This document shows positions 55,800-64,000 of a stretch of DNA of 64,000 nucleotides, piece by piece. A program made the position numbers and the translations under genes. The stretch is from positions 372,001 to 436,000 of the forward strand of contig JAXLNO010000645.1 in the NCBI GenBank assembly GCA_038087875.1, in the 5' to 3' direction. The notes under the pieces were generated by a model. The model was not told the DNA's origin, made no database searches, and saw only the letters and a program-made list of their open reading frames with translations. Position 1 is the first letter of the stretch. Every line of letters starts with the position of its first letter. The DNA comes from Malacoraja senta. Taxonomy: Eukaryota.

Positions 55800-55876
<77 letters not shown>

Positions 55877-56050
55877 AAGAGACAGAGAAAGAGAGAGAGA
55901 CAGAGAAAGAGAGAGAGAGAGAGTGTTACAGTGAGTGAGTGAGTGTGAGTGAGTGTGTTAGTGAATGTGAGTGAGTGTGAGTGAGTGAGAGTGAGTGAGC
56001 GAGTGTGAGTGAGTGAGTGTGAGTAGATGTGAGAGTGTGAGTGAGAGAGT
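50400..56050 (-). repeat. Arm B of the inverted segmental duplication
   Basis: Reverse complement of arm A, lacking ~32373-33338, ~35008-39204, ~40011-40228 and 40570-40754; ends in (GA)n then (GTGA)n. Confidence 0.9.
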
Positions 56051-56085
56051 GCGTGTAGTGGCCGTTTGGCTTAATTTTTTGTGTC

Positions 56086-56741
56086 ATGAAACTGTTTCTG
56101 CAAATGTAACTGCAGTGAAAGATATGGAAGCTGTTGTGGAAGAGATGACCGGAGAGATGCAGACAATGAAGTTAGAAATAGACAGCCTCACGAGCCATCT
56201 TACAAAAGTGTCTGATAAATGTGTTGACCTAGAAGCTCGCTCAAGAAGACAAAATATACGTATACGTGGAGTAAAAGAGGGAGCTGAGGGGGACAATGCT
56301 TGTGAGTTCACTGCCAATCTAATTAAACACGTACTCAAACTACCTGAGGCACCTGTAATTGAAGAAGCACATCGACTACCCAGATTTAAACCAAGATCTC
56401 AAGGAGCACATGCCTATCCACGACAGATCATAGTTAAACTTCGGGATATTCCAACAATGGAAGCGCTGATGAAAAAAATCAAATACGGAGAGGAGATGAT
56501 GTACAGAAATGATTCTATTAAACTCCTACGGGACTACCCTTATGAGATTGTGCAAAAGAGAAGAAAGTTCTCACAGACCAGAGAAGTTCTTTACGGTGTC
56601 AAGGGTGTCATTTGTGGAGTGTATTATCCGGCCAGAATGCGTATTACTTTCATGGGAAAGTCAAAAACATTTACTAACTCGGCAGAATCTCTTAAATACG
56701 CTCAAGAAATCGTGGCCAAGGCAGCAACAAGTGAAGATTGA
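56086..56741 (+). CDS. L1 ORF1p (N-terminally incomplete)
   Basis: Coiled coil then DLEARSRRQNIRIRGVKEG, IEEAHR, PRQIIVKL, RD(Y)P, YPARMRI. Confidence 0.85.
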
Positions 56742-57990
56742 TCACCAAGACGTCATGAACAAATTAATTTGTTTATTCCCCCATCAAGAATATCACAAGA
56801 AAAGGGAATAACTGAACATCAATCTTTTAAAATCATCACACGCAACAGATTTTCCAGGAGACGTGTCTAGACATTATTATGTCCCCTTGAACATTGTGGC
56901 ATCTAACTCAAGGACACTCTGTGCTCAAACGAGGAAAGACTGATAACATGGGACTGACGAAATGATGTGCTGAGAGCGAAAAACATCACATGGCTTATAT
57001 AGTTTTATAAAATATTGGGAATCAATAATAATTAATAATTAACAATTCTAATATAGAAATAGCAATTGAAACTGATAAAAAAAATGTGTTGCCTGCTTTA
57101 TAACACAGACAATAGTAATTACATATGTTCCGCAGCTCGAGTGGGGAGGGGAGGAGATTAGGCACCTGGCATAATTCCAGGAGCCTGACTCCGGTTAACC
57201 CTTTCAGCGAACAGCTCACTTTTAACTATACTAAAACCAATTCAAAATAGTTAAGAGATAAAGAGTGAGGAATATATGTAACTGAATACATTTGAAGTCG
57301 GAATGAAACATATATATGGCTTATATAGTTTTACAAAATATGGAGAATCATTAATAATTAGTAATTAACAATACTAATATAGAAATAGCAATTGAAACTG
57401 ATAAAAATGTGTTGCCTGCCTTATAACGCAGACACATATGTTCCGCAGCTCGAGTGGGGAGGGGAGGAGACTAGGCACCTGGCACAACTCCAGGAGCCTG
57501 ACTCCGGTTAACCCTTTCAGCGAACAGCTCACTTTTAACAATACTAAAACCAATTCAAAATAGTTAAGAGATAAAGAGTGAGGAATATATGTAACTGAAT
57601 ACAAGTGAAGTCGGAATGAAACATATATATATATACTGCAACTAGGGTGAACTAGTACTGATTTGGAAACGGTACCGACCCCCTAGGATTTGGGTAATAA
57701 AGGCAGCGGGGCTAACGTCATAACATCTACGCCGGAAGCGATATAGATGTCGTACCCCACAGACGAGTGGGACACTCACTACGGTGTTGAAATCTCAGAC
57801 ACCGTACACTTATTTGATATACTTTTATTTTTTATTTTTATCACAATACGTCACATCTATGTGTTTTCTTTCCAAGGACAATCGCGGAGGAGAACTACCA
57901 AGGAAGTCTATAATAGAAATGTCCCCAAAATAACCAGAGTCCTGAGGTATGAATGCACCATAATAAATAAGATCATTAAAATTGGTAAAA

Positions 57991-60900
57991 ATGTATGATG
58001 ATAATCAAAAGAAAATGGGAGGAATCACACTATGTAGCTGGAATATAAGGGGTATTAATGAAACTATTAAAAGGAGCAAGATACTAGCTCAGTTGAAATC
58101 ATACAACACGGACATTTCGTTTCTACAGGAAACGCATCTTAAACATCAAGATCAGACGAGACTGAGGGCGAACTGGATAGGACAAACATTTCACTCTTCA
58201 TTCACCAAATCTAGAGGCACTGCAATCATCATTCGTAAAGGAATTCCATTTAAATCAAAGAATACTATTTTAGATAAGGAAGGGAGATACCTTAGGAGAG
58301 ATCAATAATACGCCAATTACGCTGGTAAATATAAACGCGCCCAATTTCGATAACCCTCAATTTTTTAATAACATTCTGAATATAATTGCAGAATTTAATT
58401 ATCAAAATGTTATAATTGGAGGAGACTTTAACTGTGTTTTAGACCCTTATCTAGATAAATCAATGCAAAAACAAAAAGGTAATATGAAATCTAAAACCAG
58501 TGAACTTTTACATACATATATGGAAAACACAAATATAGCAGATGTGTGGAGGATTGCAAACCCGACGGGAAGGGATTATTCGTTTTATTCAACGGTGCAT
58601 AAAACATACTCACGGATAGACTACTTTCTTGTGGATACAAAATTAATTCCGCACACTATGAACGCTAAATACCACACTAATGCGATCTCAGACCACTCTC
58701 CGTTAACTTTTGTTTTAAAACTAGAAGGAATGTCTATGAATAAATCGTTCTGGAGGTTTAAATCGCAAATCTTAAAAGACCCACAAGGGAGTATATATCT
58801 AAAAAAACAGATGGATCTATTTTTTGAGATAAATGATACACCAGATATTTCCCCCACGCTATTATGGGAATACTTCAAAGCATGTATTAGAGGAGTCATT
58901 ATTTCATTCCAAGCTTATCAAAATAAAAAGAATAAGAATGAACAAAGACATTTAGAAGAACAAATAAAACAATTAGATATAGATAATGCTAAAAATCCAA
59001 CTATGGATAAACATAATAAAATCCTACTATTGAAATTCAAGCTAAATAAATTACTGTCAGAGAAAGTTATAACATTATTTCAAATCACAAAACAAGAACA
59101 CTTCGAATTCGGGGACAAACCCCACAAACTCCTAGCACGGCAACTGAAAAAACGGGAAAAAGAGAATGCAATACTAAAGATTAAATCAGACAGAGGGGAA
59201 TTATTAACACTACCCAAGGATATCAATAAAAGATTTGCTCAATTTTACCAGAATCTATACACATCTAAAACGTTAATAGACAATAATAAAATCTCAGAAT
59301 GTTTAGATAACTGTAACCTACCACAATTAGAACTGAGGGAACAAGAGGAAATGGGAGCACAAATTACTTCTAAGGAGATAGAAGACACAATAAAAACACT
59401 AAAGAATGGAAAAACACCAGGACCAGACGGATTCAGTAATGAATTTTATAAATCTTTTTATGACATAGTTACTCCACGATTACAGAAAATGTATACACAT
59501 GCTTTTAAAGAGCAAAACTTACCTGAAACACTAGCAGAATCAAATATCATATTAATACTTAAAAAAGATAAAAATATAGAAGAACCAGGATCATATAGAG
59601 CTATAGCTTTGTTAAATACGGATCAAAAAATAATAGCGAAAACACTAGCCAGTAGACTAAGCAGGTATGTTAGTAGACTAATAAATGAGGATCAAACAGG
59701 ATTTATACCTAAGAGACATTCATTTAATAACTTGAGACGTTTGCTTAACATAATGCACTCACATAAATCTCAGGACCAAGAGTTATCTATCATCTCATTG
59801 GACGCAGAAAAAGCGTTTGATCAAGTAGAATGGGACTATATGATTAAAGTATTGCAAAAATTCCAATTGGGAGAGAACTTCATCGCTTGGATAAAACTAT
59901 TATATAACAAACCTACGGCTAGAATACTAACTAATAATATAGTATCCTCGAAATTTGAACTATCAAGGGGCAATAGACAAGGATGTTCATTATCACCGCT
60001 GTTATTTGCTTTAGTAATCGAACCCCTTGCTGAAAAAATAAGAACACACATGGATATTTACGGTTATAATACAAAATATTCAAATAACAAAATATCCTTA
60101 TATGCCGATGACGTACTATTGTACATCACAAAACCACAAATTAGTATACCAAATATATTAAATTTAATTGAGGACTTTGGATCCTTTTCAGGATATAGAA
60201 TAAACTGGAACAAAAGTGAAATTATGTCGATAAAACCAAAAGACTCAACACACCTCAGGAAATTCCCCTTTAAAATAGCTACAGAAAAATTCAAATATTT
60301 GGGAATTGAAATTACTAGAAATTACCAGGATATGTTCAAAGCCAATTATAATCCCTTACTTAAGAAATTAAATAATATGATTAAATTCTGGAAAACACTT
60401 CCGATGTCCTTAATAGGCAGAATAAATGCTATAAATATGATTTTCTTACCACAAATCCTATACCTATTTCAATCAATACCTATATATCTCCCAAAAAAGT
60501 TTTTCAAAAAATTGGACTCAGACATTACAAATTTTATATGGGATTATAAATCCCATAGAATACAAAGAGCACACCTTAATAAACGAAAAGTGTTGGGGGG
60601 TCTCGCGCTCCCTGACTTTATGTATTATAAATGGGCAGTAAATATTAAAAATATGATTCACCTGCTGGACAATTCTGCCCAGCAGGTGGACTGGATTATA
60701 ATGGAAAAAGAGGACTGTTCCCCGAGTAATATAAGAGCGATTATTCTCTCTCCAATAAATTTGAATAATAAAAATTATAATAAAAACCCAATTATAAATA
60801 GCACAATTAGAACATGGAAACAAATAAAACAGAATCTAAAATTAAGAAACCTATCTCTCTCAATACCAATAGTTAATAACCCATCGTTTAAACCTTCAAC

Positions 60901-61769
60901 CATAGACAAATCATTTATACAATGGGAAAGAATGGGAATCAAAACGCTCGAAGATCTGTATGAATGGGGAAAATTACTATCATTTCAACAACTACAACTG
61001 AAATATAATCTGAAAAATAATCAATATTTTAAATATCTACAAATTCGTGATTACCTGAAAAAATACACAAAAGACTATCATAATATGCCTTCCGACTTAC
61101 TAGATGAAGCAATGAAGACAAAGGCGGAATCAGCTAATCTAATATCGTACTTATATAATATCATTTTAAACATAGAAATACCCACAACAGAAGGAATTAG
61201 AAGAGACTGGGAACAAGAATTAGCTATAAAAATTTCAAAAGAGAGCTGGGATAACCACTTACTACAGGTGCATAAATGTTCGATCAACGTACGACATACG
61301 CTCATCCAATTCAAAACATTACATAGACTATATTATTCAAAAACTAAATTAAATAAAATCTTTCCTAATGTTTCACCAATCTGTGATAAATGTCTATGTC
61401 AAGAAGCTACCATAGCGCATTCTTTTGTTTTTTGTACAAAAATCCAAAAATTCTTGTATGAAATTTGATATTTTCTCAAAATTAATTAAAATAAAACTGG
61501 TACCAAAACCAGAATGGATCATTTTTGGAATATCGGAAGGTATCCCTGAATTAAACGTGTATCAGAAGAACTTATTCAATTACGGGCTAATAATGGGAAA
61601 AAGGCTTGTACTTAAATTCTGGAAAAATGCGCCCACGCCAACAATAAAAATGTGGACATCAAATATGTTGGAAACATTACATCTGGAAGAGATGAGATTC
61701 CTCTTAGCAGGGAAAGCAGACCAATTCCAAAAGACGTGGTCTACGTTTTTGGACCTATTACAAGCATGA
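57991..61769 (+). pseudogene. L1 ORF2p (APE endonuclease, RT, Cys-rich C-terminus) with two frameshifts
   Basis: SWNIRG, FLQETH, GGDFN, SRIDYFL, SDHSP, KTPGPDG, LDAEKAFD, RQGCSLSP, YADD, CDKC..H..C; frameshifts near 58293 and 61464; 1001-aa open stretch 58463..61468. Confidence 0.93.
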
Positions 61770-62138
61770 GGTGCAATAGTAATTTAAAAAATAAATAAAT
61801 AAAGAAATGGTATCAGGACCTGGTAATGGGAGGTAAAACAATAAAAACAGACTTGGTTGGTGGTTCCCTTTCTGCGATTGTTCCTACTCTCTTTTTCTTT
61901 CTTTTCTTGGATCTACTTTCTTACTTTACTTCCTTCTCTAACTTCTTTTCTAAGGGGCTTTCTTTTCACAACACTCTCTTGCACCTCACGACTCTTGCGC
62001 ACTTTCTTTACTTTTCTTACTTCTATCTTTCTCTTAAAGCTTAAAAAAAATGAAGCGGTATAAAGAATGTATTAAGATATAAGTGTTGTGTATTACTGTA
62101 ATTTACCGTACTTCTAATAAAAATAATTTAAAAAAAAA

Positions 62139-63405
62139 TGTTGTCTGCCTGTAATTATGTGGGTGGGATATATTATGTAGTCGGAGGCGTGTTTGCTGCT
62201 GGGATTCTTGGAAGAAGCTTGTAGGTTTTTATTTAGTTCGGAGGAAGCATGGTGGGACAGTATAGCTTTCGACCAATGGTCAGAGCTTTCCAACACCAAA
62301 GACGTTTTCTAATGTTTCGGAGCCACATGCCGGAGTTTGACGAAGATTAAAATGTACTTATCAAGAAGAGGTTTAGATGAATATCTGACTGTTTTACTTT
62401 GACAATAAAGAAACTATTAATCAAGAGAGTTTGTTTTGATGATTTATCTTTCTACGGCTTTGAATGTCTCGTGGAGAGTTCCCATTCGTAAAACGACGCT
62501 ATCTCCTCACCCCGTGTCTTCTCCTAGTGGCTAGAGGGAGCAAATCCTTGAACAATATAATAATCTGCCATTATATCGAGTCGAAAGCTACCTTACAGTC
62601 AGGAGGTGGTAGAAGAGGGACAGATTGGGCTGGATCTCTGGAGAGAGATTACGCCCGAAAATTAGTACCAGAAGAGGAACTGAAGACTGGTTCCTTGGAA
62701 GAGGAACTGAAGAAAATAGATCTCGGCCAGGCAGGTTTACTCCTGGAGCCTTTTCCATGACATGATATAGCCACAAGGCAGTGGAGGTTTTAAATCAGAG
62801 TTTTCCCTCTCCTAGATGGACTGCCTTCCCAGGCTGACGAGCCCCATCTGCCCGAGACTCATGGGGACGGGAGCGTCTACCTTCCCGTGCAGGTCTATAG
62901 CACCTGCCCACTGCCCAGAATCGTGTGTAGAACTATTCTACTATGTTGAATTCAGAAGCTGGAATGTTTACTTCAAACAGGTTCTGAAGAGTCTGGAGAA
63001 ATTTAGTTCTGCTAAAGTTTGGAAAGAAGCCAAGAAGCTTGTTCGCTTGCCAGCCTGGAAAACAGGAAACAGGAGCCACGGAAAAAAGGTGCTGGAATGG
63101 AAGAGGTGATTACACCACAAGATAATATTTCAAATGTATCTACACAAAGATCAGGACATAAATCTGGTTCTATAGCCAGTAAAGCATCAAGGGCCTCTGC
63201 TCGAATTGAAGTTGATCTAGCTGCACTCTCAATAGAATCAAATACCTTGGAGAAGAAACATGAGATTGAGCGACAAGAAGAACAGCTGAGAGAAGAGATG
63301 AGGCGACAAGAAGAAGAGATAAGGTAACGAAAAGCACACTTGGAACTAGCCACAAAGTTGGCGGTTGCCAAATCGATGATGGAGATAATGAAAAGTGAGG
63401 GTTTG
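62139..63405 (+). mobile_element. BEL/Pao-like LTR retrotransposon fragment (putative LTR ~62139-62554, degenerate gag start)
   Basis: PQDNISNVS...SARIEVDLAAL....LEKKHEIERQEEQLR...LELATKLA resembles fish BEL gag; TGTT...AACA segment with AATAAA. The link between the LTR and the gag is uncertain. Confidence 0.55.
62745..62916 (-). mobile_element. RTE-clade 5'-UTR-like fragment
   Basis: GGGCAGATGGGGCTCGTCAGCCTGGGAAGGCAGTCCATCTAGGAGAGGGAAAACTCTGATTTAAAACC resembles the recalled RTE leader. Confidence 0.5.
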
Positions 63406-63466
63406 TAGATTAACCCTTATTGATCCATGCCATTTATAATCTCCACTACACATATATGCATGCCAC

Positions 63467-64000
63467 TGTTTACATGGTATTACGGTACTACACAGCTTTA
63501 CATTAGCAAGGTCAGCTTGCTCTCGCTCGCTCTCTCACACAAGCCACGCTGAGCTGAATGAGAATTGCTGGCAGTTTAAATGTTCCTGTATACTTATGGA
63601 ATAAAGACTGATCTTTTACCATATGTATTAGTGTGGATTAATCATAAACATGGTGTCAGAAGTGGGATTGAGCCATGTAACAATTTTAGTTGTTTTTTTA
63701 CAAGAACCATCGCTCGCTTATTATGGCAGAGTCTTTTCGTAAACCAGATCCTTTAATGTTCGACAGCGAATTTGCCGAACGTAGGCACATCTTCGAAGTG
63801 GAATTCGGAATTTTCATAGATGCTGCCCACCCAGGGACTGCTCCATAACTGTCGTAACTGCTGTGGCTCACACCCAAAATTCTGTGAGCAATGCCCCACT
63901 TATGACAAAACTTGCCACTACTGTAAAAAGAAAGGCCACTTTATCCGGTGCTGCCACGCTCGTGGCAACAGGGCCCAGTCACAACCAAAGATTATAGAGC
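63467..64000 (+). mobile_element. Gypsy LTR retrotransposon 5' end (LTR, PBS, internally deleted gag)
   Basis: LTR TGTTTA...TAAACA 63467-63650; PBS TGGTGTCAGAAGTGGGAT; gag MAESFRKPDPLMFD from 63723, joined to a zinc knuckle CHYCKKKGHFIRCC. Confidence 0.85.

Larger units (their letters stand above)
56056..62138 (+). mobile_element. L1-clade LINE, near full length (5' end truncated)
   Basis: ORF1, long inter-ORF spacer, ORF2, T-rich 3' UTR, AATAAA and poly-A. Confidence 0.95.

Noticed and set aside
58463..61468. 1001-aa ORF as a host gene
   Set aside because: Contains L1 ORF2 endonuclease and RT motifs within an L1 structure.

Overview
Eukaryotic, transposon-saturated vertebrate DNA. The CR1/HER1-type LINEs, HE1-like V-SINEs and Penelope-like elements point to a cartilaginous fish, probably a skate or ray (inference). 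There is no intact host gene. The only host-gene signal I recognise is two consecutive, phase-compatible exons of an RGL1-like RalGEF gene (7070-7137 and 16833-18045, +). The second exon has been expanded by about 1 kb of codon-structured Thr/Ala/Asp/Pro minisatellite and carries frameshifts. Other large structures: two related foldback (long-inverted-repeat) elements of about 2 kb, an 11.8-kb degenerate (TCAC)n satellite, a large inverted segmental duplication (about 29.9-41.0 kb vs 50.4-56.05 kb), many Penelope-derived minimal hammerhead-like motifs (often in inverted pairs), a CpG promoter-like island at 38.5 kb, and a near-intact L1. Fragments of CR1, L2, RTE, Rex1/Babar, DIRS, BEL/Pao, Gypsy, Tc1 and hAT elements fill the rest. 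Family calls come from recalled motifs, not database searches, and most TE boundaries are approximate.
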